A stretch of 64,000 bases of DNA from Alphaproteobacteria bacterium. Its GTDB lineage: Bacteria > Pseudomonadota > Alphaproteobacteria > UBA8366 > JADFVY01. How positions within the stretch are numbered: position 1 is the stretch's first letter; the number at the start of each line of letters is the position of its first letter. Below, in pieces: positions 9,994 to 19,985 of the stretch. The stretch is from positions 248 to 64,247 of the forward strand of contig JBFHDX010000007.1 of assembly GCA_041584475.1 (NCBI GenBank), given 5' to 3'. The notes under the pieces are model-generated. The model saw only the letters and a program-made list of their open reading frames with translations. It was not told where the DNA came from and ran no database searches. Made by a program: the position numbers and the translations under genes.

Positions 9994-10230
9994 GGGCGGT
10001 ACCCTCTCCGTAGGCGGTTCCGGCTCCCCCGAGCGTTATTTTCTTATGCTCGTCGTAAACTAAAGGTTAACCATACCGGGGACGATTTCAATTCGGTCGG
10101 CGGTTTGCGCGCGAATTCGCAACAATCGCGCCGGGCGGACCTGCCGTGCGCCCCGGAAATTTCCCGACTCGACGGCAATACGACCGGACGTTGCCGCGAG
10201 CCTGCGCCGGACCCGGCCGCCGCTTGCCCG

Positions 10231-10833
10231 TCAGGCGCCCCGCGGCCTGACGGTCAGGCAATCGACGACCTCGCGCACGCCCTCGACTTCCGACATCAGG
10301 CGGAGGGCGAGCGCACGTTCTTCCTCGCTCAGCGCCCGGCCGAACACGTAGACGACGCCGTTCACGCTGTGCCAGCGCATATTGGCCGAGCTGACCGCGT
10401 CGGCGTCGCGCAGCCGCTTCTTGATCTTGGTTTCGATGGTCAGGTCCGCCGCGGCGTCCTCGAGGCTTGCGTTCGCCGTCACCTGGATCTTGTTGTACAC
10501 GGTGCCGACCGCATCGACGCTTGCCGCAAGCGTCCCCGCCCGCAGACCGTCGCCCTGCGAGGCGACCGTGCCTACGAGCAGCACCGCCCGCTCGTAGACC
10601 TCGACCTTGACGTCGCGCAACCTGCCCGATTCGTCCTCGATGAAGAGCGCCTGGATGTCGAGCCTGATGCGCGCGTCCTCGCGCGCCTGCGACAGCGACC
10701 GGTCCTCGACGTAGGTTCTCGGGTCTTCGAGCACGACGAGCGTCGGGCTGTCGCAGGCCGCGAGCAGCAACAGGCAAAGACAGGGCGTGGCTCGGCAAAG
10801 GAAAAGCCGCCCGGGCGACATCATTGATTTCAT
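10231..10833 (-). CDS. BON-domain lipoprotein (OsmY-like)
   Basis: 200 aa with a lipobox (LLLLAAC). It has two BON-like segments (VKVEVYERAVLLVGTV and MRWHSVNGVVYVFGRA). Confidence 0.8.
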   Translation of the reverse strand: MKSMMSPGRLFLCRATPCLCLLLLAACDSPTLVVLEDPRTYVEDRSLSQAREDARIRLDIQALFIEDESGRLRDVKVEVYERAVLLVGTVASQGDGLRAGTLAASVDAVGTVYNKIQVTANASLEDAAADLTIETKIKKRLRDADAVSSANMRWHSVNGVVYVFGRALSEEERALALRLMSEVEGVREVVDCLTVRPRGA

Positions 10834-10894
10834 TATATCTTTGATCGTTTCTCGGCTCGACCGGCGCTGTTCTCCGACGCCCCGGCATGCGGCC

Positions 10895-12694
10895 TCAGCT
10901 GCGGTACAGGGCCTCCAGCGAAGCGCCGTACTTGTCCCTGATTATGTGCCGCCGGATCTTGAGGCTCGGTGTCATCATCTCGTTCTCGATGGAGAAGGGA
11001 TCGGACGTTAGCACGAATCGCCGTACCCGCTCCACAACGGATAGACGGGAATTTACACGATCGACGGCGCCGGCGATCGCCTTGCGGAACTCCTTGTCCT
11101 CGACCAGCGCCGCCAGATCCGCGGCCTTGCCGTGTTCCGTGGCCCACGCGGCGGCGAAATCGGCGTCCGGCACGAGCAGCGCCACGAGGTGCGGCTTCCT
11201 GTCGCCGTGCACCATGGCCTGCGCGACCTCCGGCTCGACGGTCAGCATGCCCTCGATGCGCTGCGGCGAGATGTTGTCGCCGCCGGAGTTGACGATGATG
11301 TCCTTCTTGCGGTCGGTGATCGCGATGTACCCGTGCTCGTCGATCACGCCGATGTCGCCGGTGTGGAGCCAGCCATCGCGGATCGCCTCGGCGGTCGCCT
11401 CGGGTTTGTTCCAGTATCCGTTCATCACCATCTCGCCGCGTACCAGGATCTCGCCGTCATCGGCGATGCGCGCCTCGACGCCCTTCAGCGGCAGCCCGAC
11501 GGTGGCGATCTTGATCAGTTCGGGGGGATTGACGCTGATGACCGGCGCGGCTTCGGTCTGCCCGTAGCCTTGCAGCAGCCGGACGCCGAGCGCCAGGAAG
11601 AAGCTGCCGATCTCGTAATTCAGGGCCGCGCCGCCCGACACGAACGCTTTCAGGCGTCCACCGAAACGCTTGCGGACCTTTGCGCGCACCAGCCTGTCGA
11701 GCAGCGCGTCGAGCATGCGCTCGCCGATGCCGAGGCTGCCCGGCGCCTCGAGCCGCTTGCGTCCGAGCTCGACCGCCTTGTGGAACAGCTTCTGGCGCAG
11801 CGGGCTGGCGTCCTTGAGCCCGCGCAGAATGCGCGCATAGATCGATTCGTACAGCCGCGGCACCGCCGTCATGATGGTCGGCCGCGCCTCGGCGATGTTC
11901 GCTACCAGCTTCTCCAGCGATTCCGCGTAATAGATCTCGGCGCCGATCGAGATCGGGAAGAACTGCCCGGCCGTGTGCTCGTAGGCATGGGACAGCGGCA
12001 GGAAGCTGAGAAACACCTCGCCGGGCTCGCTGTATCCGGGCAGTCGCGCGATCACGTCCTGGGCGCCCATGCAGTTGCAGAGAATGGCGCCGTGGCTCAG
12101 CATCACGCCTTTCGGGCGTCCGCCGGTGCCCGACGTGTAGATCAGGCAGCAGGTGTCCCTCCGGTCGGCCCTCGACGCGTGCTGGCGCACGTCGTCGGGA
12201 AGCGCGCGTCCCGCGTCGAGCGCCTCGTTCCAGCCGACCACCTTGACGCCCTGCTCGGGCGGATCGTCCGGATCCTCCATGCAGATCGCGAAATCCGTGT
12301 CGGGGCATTCCTGCGCCGCGGGCAGGGCGCGTCTGGCAAGCGCGGCGGTCGAGATGATGATGCCCTTCGAGCCGCTGTCGCACAGCAGATAGTGGTGGTC
12401 GTCCCTCGAGTTGGTCGTGTAGGCGGGCACCGAAACGGCGCCGGCGGCCATGATCGCCAGGTCGGCGACGAACCAGGCGGGTCGGTTCTCCGACACCAGG
12501 GCGACGCGATCGCCCGGCTCGACGCCGTTGGCGCGCAGCGCCCGCGACAGCGCGCTCACCCGTTCCGCGACCTCGGCCCAGCTCTGCGGGACCCACTCGC
12601 CGTCCCGCTTCGACCACAGGAGCGGCCGCTCGGCGAAGCGATCGGCCTGGTCGAAGAACATCGTCGGCAGATTACGAACTGCACCGTAATCCAT
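10895..12694 (-). CDS. long-chain-fatty-acid--CoA ligase (AMP-dependent synthetase)
   Basis: 599 aa with AMP-binding motifs YTSGTGGRPKGV, GYGQTE, TGDIG and a C-terminal PSLKIRR. Confidence 0.9.
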   Translation of the reverse strand: MDYGAVRNLPTMFFDQADRFAERPLLWSKRDGEWVPQSWAEVAERVSALSRALRANGVEPGDRVALVSENRPAWFVADLAIMAAGAVSVPAYTTNSRDDHHYLLCDSGSKGIIISTAALARRALPAAQECPDTDFAICMEDPDDPPEQGVKVVGWNEALDAGRALPDDVRQHASRADRRDTCCLIYTSGTGGRPKGVMLSHGAILCNCMGAQDVIARLPGYSEPGEVFLSFLPLSHAYEHTAGQFFPISIGAEIYYAESLEKLVANIAEARPTIMTAVPRLYESIYARILRGLKDASPLRQKLFHKAVELGRKRLEAPGSLGIGERMLDALLDRLVRAKVRKRFGGRLKAFVSGGAALNYEIGSFFLALGVRLLQGYGQTEAAPVISVNPPELIKIATVGLPLKGVEARIADDGEILVRGEMVMNGYWNKPEATAEAIRDGWLHTGDIGVIDEHGYIAITDRKKDIIVNSGGDNISPQRIEGMLTVEPEVAQAMVHGDRKPHLVALLVPDADFAAAWATEHGKAADLAALVEDKEFRKAIAGAVDRVNSRLSVVERVRRFVLTSDPFSIENEMMTPSLKIRRHIIRDKYGASLEALYRS

Positions 12695-12792
12695 TGCTGC
12701 GCTCCTCTCTCGCCCCCGTGCCCGACTGCACGCGCTTGTCCTCCCGGCCGCCGCGTCCTATACCGGGCGGGCCGTAACCAAGGAGTATAGGC

Positions 12793-14571
12793 ATGACCAG
12801 TGCCGCTGCGCTAGTTGGGTTGCCGGAGTGGGACCTGTCCGATCTTTACGACGGGCCGGAGTCGCAGGCGCTTGCCGCCGACCTCGAGCAGGCGGGCGCT
12901 GATGCGGAGATTTTCGCCGAGCGCTACAAGGGCCGGCTCGCCGAACTGGATGGCGATTCGCTCGGTACGGCGATCGCGCAGTATGAACGCATCGAGGAGG
13001 TGCTCTCGCGCATCGGCAGCTACGCCCAGCTGGTTTATGCCGGGGACCAGTCCGATCCCGCGAACGGCCGCTTCTACCAGGGCGTCTTCGAGCACCTCAA
13101 CGTGATCTCCTCGACGCTGCTGTTCTTCACGCTGGAGCTGAACCGGATCGAGGACGAACGCCTCGACTCGTTGCTCGACGCGCCGGCCCTGGCCCGTTAC
13201 CGGCCATGGCTGCGCGACGTGCGCGCCATGCGGCCGCACCAGCTGGACGACGAGATCGAGCGCGTGCTGCACGAAAAGCATGTGGTCGGCCGGTCGGCCT
13301 GGGTGCGGCTGTTCGACGAGACGCTGGCGGGGCTGCGCTTCCCGTTCCGCGGCAAGGAGCTGACGGAGGCGGAGATCCTCGACCTGCTTTCGGATCGCGA
13401 CGGCGGCAAGCGGCGCGAGGCCGCCGAGAGTTTGGGCACGGTGCTGGCGGCGAACCTGCGGGTCTTCTCGCTGGTCACCAATACGCTGGCCAAGGACAAG
13501 GAGATCGAAGACGGCTGGCGGCGCTTCGCGCGCCCCGATTCGGCGCGCAATCTCAGCAACTTCGTCGAGGACGCGGTGGTGGACGCGCTGGCCGCGGCGG
13601 TGAAGGCGGCGTACCCGTCGCTCTCGCACCGATACTACGCGCTCAAGGCCAAGTGGTTCGGCGGCGACCGGCTCGACTACTGGGACCGCAACGCGCCGCT
13701 GCCCGAGGCCGACGACCGCGTCGTGCCCTGGGACGAGGCGCGCGAGACCGTGCTCGCGGCCTATGCGGATTTCTCGCCGGACATGGCGGCGGTCGGGCGC
13801 CGCTTCTTCGACAATCCGTGGATCGACGCGCCAACCCGGCCCGGCAAGGCGTCGGGCGCGTTCGCCCATCCGACAGTGCCGTCGTCGCACCCCTATCTGC
13901 TGCTCAACTACCAGGGGCGGACGCGCGACGTCATGACGCTCGCGCACGAACTCGGCCACGGCGTGCACCAGGTGCTCGCCGCCCGTCAGGGCCACCTGAT
14001 GGCGGACACGCCGCTGACGCTCGCCGAGACCGCCTCGGTCTTCGGCGAGATGCTCACCTTCCGCGCGATGCTGCGCAAGACCGAGGCGCCGGCGGCGCGG
14101 CGGGCGATGCTGGCCGGCAAGGTCGAGGACATGCTGAACACGGTGGTGCGCCAGATCGCCTTCTACGAGTTCGAGAAGCGCCTGCACGGCGAGCGCCGGG
14201 AGGGCGAACTGCTGCCCGAACGGATCGGCGAGATCTGGCTCGACGTGCAGACCGAGAGCCTCGGGCCGGCGCTGCGGTTCGACGACAATTACCGCGTCTT
14301 CTGGAGCTACATTCCGCATTTCATCCATTCGCCCTTCTACGTCTACGCCTACGCGTTCGGCGATTGCCTCGTGAACTCGCTGTACGCGGCGTACGAGGAT
14401 GCCGACGCGGGCTTCGCGGAACGCTATCTCGAGATGCTGGCGGCCGGCGGCACGCTGCGCCACAAGGAGCTGCTGGCGCCGTTCGGCCTCGACGCCGGCG
14501 ATCCCGATTTCTGGGGCCGCGGCCTGGCGGTGGTGGCGCGCCTCATCGACGAGCTGGAGGCGCTCGATTGA
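12793..14571 (+). CDS. pepF: oligoendopeptidase F family (M3B metallopeptidase)
   Basis: 592 aa with the zinc motif HELGHGVH and M3-type flanking sequence (TLAHELGHGVHQVLA, ETASVFGE). Confidence 0.9.
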   Translation: MTSAAALVGLPEWDLSDLYDGPESQALAADLEQAGADAEIFAERYKGRLAELDGDSLGTAIAQYERIEEVLSRIGSYAQLVYAGDQSDPANGRFYQGVFEHLNVISSTLLFFTLELNRIEDERLDSLLDAPALARYRPWLRDVRAMRPHQLDDEIERVLHEKHVVGRSAWVRLFDETLAGLRFPFRGKELTEAEILDLLSDRDGGKRREAAESLGTVLAANLRVFSLVTNTLAKDKEIEDGWRRFARPDSARNLSNFVEDAVVDALAAAVKAAYPSLSHRYYALKAKWFGGDRLDYWDRNAPLPEADDRVVPWDEARETVLAAYADFSPDMAAVGRRFFDNPWIDAPTRPGKASGAFAHPTVPSSHPYLLLNYQGRTRDVMTLAHELGHGVHQVLAARQGHLMADTPLTLAETASVFGEMLTFRAMLRKTEAPAARRAMLAGKVEDMLNTVVRQIAFYEFEKRLHGERREGELLPERIGEIWLDVQTESLGPALRFDDNYRVFWSYIPHFIHSPFYVYAYAFGDCLVNSLYAAYEDADAGFAERYLEMLAAGGTLRHKELLAPFGLDAGDPDFWGRGLAVVARLIDELEALD

Positions 14572-15389
14572 CAGCGCCGGGCGGGGTGCAGCCCGGACTC
14601 GAGGTGCTGCGGCGCAGTCCGGACGCGGTCGCGACGCGTGCATCGGCGCCGCTGCTCTTCGTCCATGGCGGCTTCGCCGCCGCCTGGTGCTGGGATGAGT
14701 TCTTCCTCGATTTCTTCGCCGGGCGCGGCTGGCACACGCACGCCGTCAGCCTGCGCGGGCACGGTGCGAGCGAGGGGCACGAAGCGCTGCACGGGTTCGG
14801 CATCGACGACTATGTGGCCGACATCGCTTCGGTCGTCGCGGGACTCGACCGGCCAGCGGTCCTGGTCGGCCATTCGATGGGCGGCTTCGTCGTCCAGAAA
14901 TACCTCGAACGTCACGATGCCGCGGCGGCGGTGCTGCTGGCGCCGGTTCCCGCATCGGGGCTGGCCGGGCCGGGCACGGCGATGGCGATCACGAACCCGG
15001 GGCTGTTCTGGGATCTCGGCATGGTGCACGAGTTCGGCAGCCTGTTCGCCAATGCGAGCCGCATGCACGAGACGCTGTTCGCGGGGAACGTCCCGGAGGC
15101 GGTCGTGCGCCGCTACGCCGGCCGGCTTACCGAGGAATCGCACCGGGCCTGGCTCGACATGTCGGGCTACAACCTGCCGTCGCCCGCACGCATGCGCGAC
15201 GTTCCCGTGCTCGTCATCGGCGGCGCCGAGGACACGATCATTCCCCCGGCGTTCGTCAAATCGGCAGCGCGCCTCGTCGGCACGCGGGCCGAGATCCTGC
15301 CCGACCTTGGCCACGCCCTGATGCTCGAGCCGGGCTGGGAGAGGGTCGCCGAGCGGATCGCCGACTGGCTGGTCGAGCACGGTTTCTGA
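14568..15389 (+). CDS. alpha/beta hydrolase
   Basis: This is the last ~273 codons of the artefactual 727-aa ORF 13206..15389. A TTG at 14568 overlaps the pepF stop; a GTG at 14586 is the alternative start. It has the nucleophile elbow GHSMGG and LLFVHGG. Confidence 0.8.
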   Translation: MTAPGGVQPGLEVLRRSPDAVATRASAPLLFVHGGFAAAWCWDEFFLDFFAGRGWHTHAVSLRGHGASEGHEALHGFGIDDYVADIASVVAGLDRPAVLVGHSMGGFVVQKYLERHDAAAAVLLAPVPASGLAGPGTAMAITNPGLFWDLGMVHEFGSLFANASRMHETLFAGNVPEAVVRRYAGRLTEESHRAWLDMSGYNLPSPARMRDVPVLVIGGAEDTIIPPAFVKSAARLVGTRAEILPDLGHALMLEPGWERVAERIADWLVEHGF

Positions 15390-15516
15390 CGCGTCCGTTC
15401 ACGCCTAACCGGCGTGCATCCGCGGTCGGCGCCGCAGCGCCATTAACCAGTTGGTCGGAAGTTTGTGACAGCATGCCTGCGTCGGAGCGCGCGGGTCGCC
15501 GTCCCAGCGGCTCCGA

Positions 15517-16224
15517 ATGGCAGCGGACGGCGATCATCGGGAACGGTCCATGAGCAAGGCGAGCGCCAGGAAAGCTGACAGCCGGAGCGAGGTCGAGGCA
15601 TCGCCTGCCGGCGACGTTGCTGCGGCGGCCGCCATCCTCGACCACGTCCGGGAGCATATCGGCGTCGTCGATTCGGTGTTCCACGAGATCGATGCGGACG
15701 GGGTCGCCATCGACATCCACCACGTACCGCCGACGAAGAAGCGCAAGGTTCACACGCTGGTCACGTCGGGCATGAGCGACCGGTCGATGCCCGAAGGCGC
15801 CGGCGTCCGCTACGGCGAACTGGTCATCTGCCTGCCGGCCGACTGGCCGCTCGACGAGGACGCGCTGTCGGATGATTCGGCCGCCTGGCCGCTGGAGATG
15901 CTGCGCGCGCTGGGGCGGCTGCCCCATCTGCACGAGGTGGCCTACGATTTCGGCCTGTGCACCGACGACCGCGCGCTGCCGTTCGCGCAGGCGGCGACGA
16001 CCGGCTTCTCCGCCGTGCTGCTGGCGCCGCCGGTGACCGTGCCGGACGCGTTCTGGTGCCTCGATGCGGGCAACGGCAAGATCATCGATTTCTTCGGCAT
16101 CGTGATGCTGTATCCGCAGGAGCTTGCCTTCGCGCGCTTCGAGGGCGTGGTCGCGCTGGCGCGCAAGCTCGATGCGCTCAAGGTTACGGAGCTCGTGCAG
16201 CCGAAGCGAAAGGCCGCCGTGTGA
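15517..16224 (+). CDS. suppressor-of-fused (SUFU)-like domain protein
   Basis: 235 aa. The pattern HTLVTSGMSDRSM...ELVICLPADWPL...WPLEMLRALGRLPH...FSAVLLAPP resembles bacterial SUFU-like proteins. The assignment is from memory of the family, not from a search. Confidence 0.65.
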   Translation: MAADGDHRERSMSKASARKADSRSEVEASPAGDVAAAAAILDHVREHIGVVDSVFHEIDADGVAIDIHHVPPTKKRKVHTLVTSGMSDRSMPEGAGVRYGELVICLPADWPLDEDALSDDSAAWPLEMLRALGRLPHLHEVAYDFGLCTDDRALPFAQAATTGFSAVLLAPPVTVPDAFWCLDAGNGKIIDFFGIVMLYPQELAFARFEGVVALARKLDALKVTELVQPKRKAAV

Positions 16225-16340
16225 GCGGGCGGCGCGGGTCGCCCTGACCGCTTTCCTCGTGCGCCCCGGGCACGGCTGATCCGAATTATTCTGGCGTCCG
16301 TACTATTGCATGTCGACGACGCCACCCCATTCTTGATGCC

Positions 16341-17687
16341 ATGCCGCAATCGGAAAACGACAATCTGGGCCGCCGCGTGCGCCGCTATGCGCGCGTCGGC
16401 AGCGCCATGGGCGGGCTCGCCGCGCGGTTCGCGGGATCGAGGATGCTCGGCATCGAGCTCGACCGCAGCCGCCATGCGGCGGAGCTGACCGCGGCCCTCG
16501 GCGGTCTCAAGGGGCCGCTGATGAAGGTCGCGCAGCTCCTGGCGACGATCCCGGACGCGTTGCCGGCGGAATACGCCGCCGAGCTGCGCCAGCTTCAGTC
16601 GAACGCGCCGTCGATGGGCTGGCCGTTCGTGCGCCGGCGCATGGCGAGCGAGCTGGGGCCGGACTGGCAGTCGAGGTTCAAGTCATTCGAACGCGAGGCG
16701 GCGCACGCGGCCTCGCTCGGCCAGGTCCACCGGGCCGTCGGCCAGGACGGACGCGAGCTTGCCTGCAAGCTGCAATATCCGGACATGGTATCGGCGGTCG
16801 AGGCCGATCTGCGGCAGCTGAAGCTCGTCTTCTCGATCTACGAGCGCTACGACCAGGCGATCTCGACCGATCAGATCCACCGGGAAATCTCCGACCGCCT
16901 GCGCGAGGAGCTCGACTACGACCGCGAGGCGCGGCACATGCGGCTCTATATGCGGATGCTGGCGAAGGTGAACGGGGTCCGGGTGCCGGAGCCGGTCGGC
17001 GAGCTCTGCACCGGGCGGCTGCTAACCATGGGCTGGCTCGCCGGCACGCCGCTGACCGAGTTCGAGCAGGCCGAGGTGGAGCAGCGCAATCGCATCGCCC
17101 ACAACCTGTTCCGCGCCTGGTACGTGCCGTTCTACTACTACGGCGTGATCCACGGCGATCCGCATCTCGGGAACTACAGCGCGGCGGCCGACGGCGCGCT
17201 CAACCTGCTCGATTTCGGGTGCATCCGGATCTTCCATGCCTCCTTCGTGCGCGGCGTCATCGACCTCTATCACGCGCTTCAGAACGACGACCGCGACCTC
17301 GCGGTGCACGCCTACGAGACGTGGGGCTTCCAGAATCTCGGCGACGAGATGATCGACGTGCTGAACATCTGGGCCGAGTTCGTCTATGCGCCGCTGATGG
17401 AGGACCGGGTCCAGCGCATCCAGGAATCGGAAAGCGGGCTCTACGGTGCGCAGGTCGCCGGGCGCGTCCATCGCGAGCTGCGCCGGCTCGGCGGCGTGAC
17501 GCCGCCGCGCGAGTTCGTGCTGATGGACCGGGCCGCCATCGGCCTCGGCTCCGTGTTCCTGCGCCTGAAGGCGGAGGTGAACTGGCACCGCCTGTTCCAC
17601 GGCCTGATCGAGGATTTCGACGAGGCAGCGCTCGCCCGGCGGCAGGCCAAGGCGCTGAAGGCCGAGGGGCTGGAAATCCCGGCCTGA
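16341..17687 (+). CDS. ABC1/UbiB (AarF) atypical kinase family protein
   Basis: 448 aa. It has LKGPLMKVAQLLATIPDALPAEYAAELRQLQ, AAASLGQVH and HGDPHLGN, which are hallmark ABC1 kinase motifs. Confidence 0.85.
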   Translation: MPQSENDNLGRRVRRYARVGSAMGGLAARFAGSRMLGIELDRSRHAAELTAALGGLKGPLMKVAQLLATIPDALPAEYAAELRQLQSNAPSMGWPFVRRRMASELGPDWQSRFKSFEREAAHAASLGQVHRAVGQDGRELACKLQYPDMVSAVEADLRQLKLVFSIYERYDQAISTDQIHREISDRLREELDYDREARHMRLYMRMLAKVNGVRVPEPVGELCTGRLLTMGWLAGTPLTEFEQAEVEQRNRIAHNLFRAWYVPFYYYGVIHGDPHLGNYSAAADGALNLLDFGCIRIFHASFVRGVIDLYHALQNDDRDLAVHAYETWGFQNLGDEMIDVLNIWAEFVYAPLMEDRVQRIQESESGLYGAQVAGRVHRELRRLGGVTPPREFVLMDRAAIGLGSVFLRLKAEVNWHRLFHGLIEDFDEAALARRQAKALKAEGLEIPA

Positions 17688-17775
17688 CGGACGGCCGGCT
17701 CGGCGCGCCGCCTTTGCCCGATATTAACGTCTGGCGGGGTAGGATTTCCGTGCACAGGCAACGCGGAGACCGGAC

Positions 17776-18342
17776 ATGACAGCGGGCAGGGCGCGACGGC
17801 CGGGTGAACTGGCCTGGAGCTACGTCGAGCCGTTCTGGGCGCATGTCAGCGTCTGCGAAGGCCCGGAGCTCTTCCTGCAGCAGTTCGCCACGGTGCCGGA
17901 ATATTGCCGGCATCTGCTTGCGACCCACTACCTGACGACCGAGGTCTGCAACGGCGGCTTCGACCAGCTCTTCTGCAATTCGACCGGGATCGTGGCGCCG
18001 GAGGCGGTGAAGGGCTTCCGCGCCATCGGCATGCCGCAGACCGCCGACGTCGTCGCCGCGGCGATGGGGATGCTGGGGCCCGTCTATCCGCGCGACCACG
18101 GCCTGCGCCAGGACATGCTCGCGGCGCTCTACCCGGACGACGACGTCGACGACGAGGACCGGCCAAGCGTCTTCGACGCCCTCGACGACCGCTTCTACGA
18201 CCTCATCGAACGCGAGAATGGCGGTGCCGAGCGAGCGTCCGACGCCTTTGCCGCGCGCTTTCCGGTGCCCGAGCCGCCGCCGCCCGACTCGTTCGACGCC
18301 GTCGCCTGGCTGCGCGACATCTTCGGCGACCGGCGGCGCTAG
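17776..18342 (+). CDS. DUF4375 / DMP19-like domain protein
   Basis: 188 aa. The motif YLTTEVCNGGFDQLFCNSTG is the signature I associate with DUF4375 (the DMP19 DNA-mimic fold). Confidence 0.6.
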   Translation: MTAGRARRPGELAWSYVEPFWAHVSVCEGPELFLQQFATVPEYCRHLLATHYLTTEVCNGGFDQLFCNSTGIVAPEAVKGFRAIGMPQTADVVAAAMGMLGPVYPRDHGLRQDMLAALYPDDDVDDEDRPSVFDALDDRFYDLIERENGGAERASDAFAARFPVPEPPPPDSFDAVAWLRDIFGDRRR

Positions 18343-19940
18343 AGCATGATCCGATTAGTTCGCACCGGCCCGCTTCCCCCGTCGATCATCAGGGCGGCGA
18401 CGGCGGCGGCTGAGACCGCCAGCGCGGCGGAAATCGCCATGGCGACGCGGAACCCGGTAACGAAGGCGCCGTCGATCGCCGCCTCGAGGGCGGTTCGCGT
18501 GGCGACGTCGAGCCCGGGCGGCGCCGCGGCCCCGGCCAGCCGGATCCGCTCGCCCGCAAGCTCCTGGCGTGCCTGGGCCGGCAGATCCAACGTCGCGATC
18601 GCGCCGTCGAGCGCATTGTTGAAGGCGGCCAGCACGAAGACTCCGATCAGCGCGACCGCCAGCAGTCCCGCGACCCTGGACACCGCGTTGTTGATGCCGG
18701 ACGCGATGCCCGCTCGTTTGTCGTCGACGGCGCTCATGACGACCGTCGTCAGCGGCGCCACCGTTATCGCCATGCCGAGGCCGAGCACGACGATGCCCGG
18801 CATGAACGTCCGCCAGTAGCCGCCGCCGATCCCCGGGAGCGCCAGCAGAACGAAGCCGGCAGCGGCGACCAGCGGGCCGATGATCAGGGGCGGACGGCCG
18901 CCGAACCGGTCGACGAGACCGCCAGACCAGCGCGATAGCGCGAACATGATCGCCACGAAGGGGAGAAAGGCCGCCCCGGCCGCGGTCGCCGAGTAGCCCT
19001 GCACCTGGATCAGGTTGAACGGCAGGAAGAACAGGCCGCCGCCGAGCGCCGCGTAGAGCGGCAGCGTGATCAGGTTGGCGCCGGAAAAGGCGCGCGAACG
19101 GAACAGCCCGAGCGGCACCATCGGCGCCTCGCCGCGCGCCTCGACGAGAAGGAACGCCGCGGCGGCGAGAAGGCCGGCCGCCAGCGCCCCCGCCACCGGC
19201 CAGCTGGCGAGGCCGATGCGGCCGGACTCGACGAGCGCGTAGACGACGCCGCCGAGCGCGAGCGTGGCGAGGACCGCGCCGCCCCAGTCGAGCCGCTGCG
19301 GCTTGGCCGGGGTCGCGGTCTCCGGCACGCCGCGATAAAGGATGAACAGCGTCGCCGCCGCGACCGGCACGTTGAGCAGGAACACCCAGCGCCAGGACAG
19401 GTTGTCGACCAGCCAGCCGCCGAGCACGGGACCGAAGGCCATGGCGAGCGCCGTGAAGGCGGACCAGGTGCCGATCGCCCGGCCGCGCTGCCCGGCGGAG
19501 AAGTGGGCGCTGATCAGGGCGAGGCTGCCGGGCACCAGCAGCGCGCCGCCGATCCCCTGCACGGCACGCGCCAGGATCAGCTGCAGCATGTCCGGCGCGA
19601 GGCCGCACCAGAGCGAAGCGGCGGTGAACAAGACGATGCCCGAGGCGAAGATGCGGCGCTGGCCGAGGCGATCGCCCAGCATGCCGCCGACGAGCAGCAG
19701 CGCCGAAAGCAGCAGCGCGTAGGCCTCGACGACCCATTGCAGGCCGGCGACCGTCGCCTCCAGCTCCGCCTGCAGCACCGGCAGGGCGACGTTGACGATC
19801 GTGCCGTCGACGAACGCCATGCTCGAGCCGAGGATCGAGGCGGCGAGCACGCTGCGGCCGAGGCGACGCGAGCAGGGCGCCACGTCGGGTGCGCTGCGGA
19901 TCGCGGCGTCGTCGCAGGGCAGGCGTACCGATACCGTCAT
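18339..19940 (-). CDS. MFS transporter, DHA2 (EmrB/QacA, 14-TMS) drug-efflux type
   Basis: 533 aa with about 14 hydrophobic segments and the motif LGDRLGQRRIF. Its stop overlaps the DUF4375 stop in a shared CTAG (18339-18342). Confidence 0.85.
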   Translation of the reverse strand: MTVSVRLPCDDAAIRSAPDVAPCSRRLGRSVLAASILGSSMAFVDGTIVNVALPVLQAELEATVAGLQWVVEAYALLLSALLLVGGMLGDRLGQRRIFASGIVLFTAASLWCGLAPDMLQLILARAVQGIGGALLVPGSLALISAHFSAGQRGRAIGTWSAFTALAMAFGPVLGGWLVDNLSWRWVFLLNVPVAAATLFILYRGVPETATPAKPQRLDWGGAVLATLALGGVVYALVESGRIGLASWPVAGALAAGLLAAAAFLLVEARGEAPMVPLGLFRSRAFSGANLITLPLYAALGGGLFFLPFNLIQVQGYSATAAGAAFLPFVAIMFALSRWSGGLVDRFGGRPPLIIGPLVAAAGFVLLALPGIGGGYWRTFMPGIVVLGLGMAITVAPLTTVVMSAVDDKRAGIASGINNAVSRVAGLLAVALIGVFVLAAFNNALDGAIATLDLPAQARQELAGERIRLAGAAAPPGLDVATRTALEAAIDGAFVTGFRVAMAISAALAVSAAAVAALMIDGGSGPVRTNRIML

Positions 19941-19985
19941 CGCGGCTCACCCCGTCGGTTGCCCGCCACATCTAGGCCGCGGCGC

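Noticed and set aside
10056-10070. TAAA-N7-TTAA upstream of the IOR gene, as a possible CtrA box.
   Set aside because: Only one half-site is intact and there is no supporting context. It is listed only for completeness.
6619-10827. A 1402-aa plus-strand ORF, the longest in the track.
   Set aside because: It is antisense to the well-supported IOR gene and runs on through the BON lipoprotein gene. The translation is R/A/G/D/P-rich with no recognisable motifs. This is the typical stop-codon-free antisense frame of high-GC DNA.
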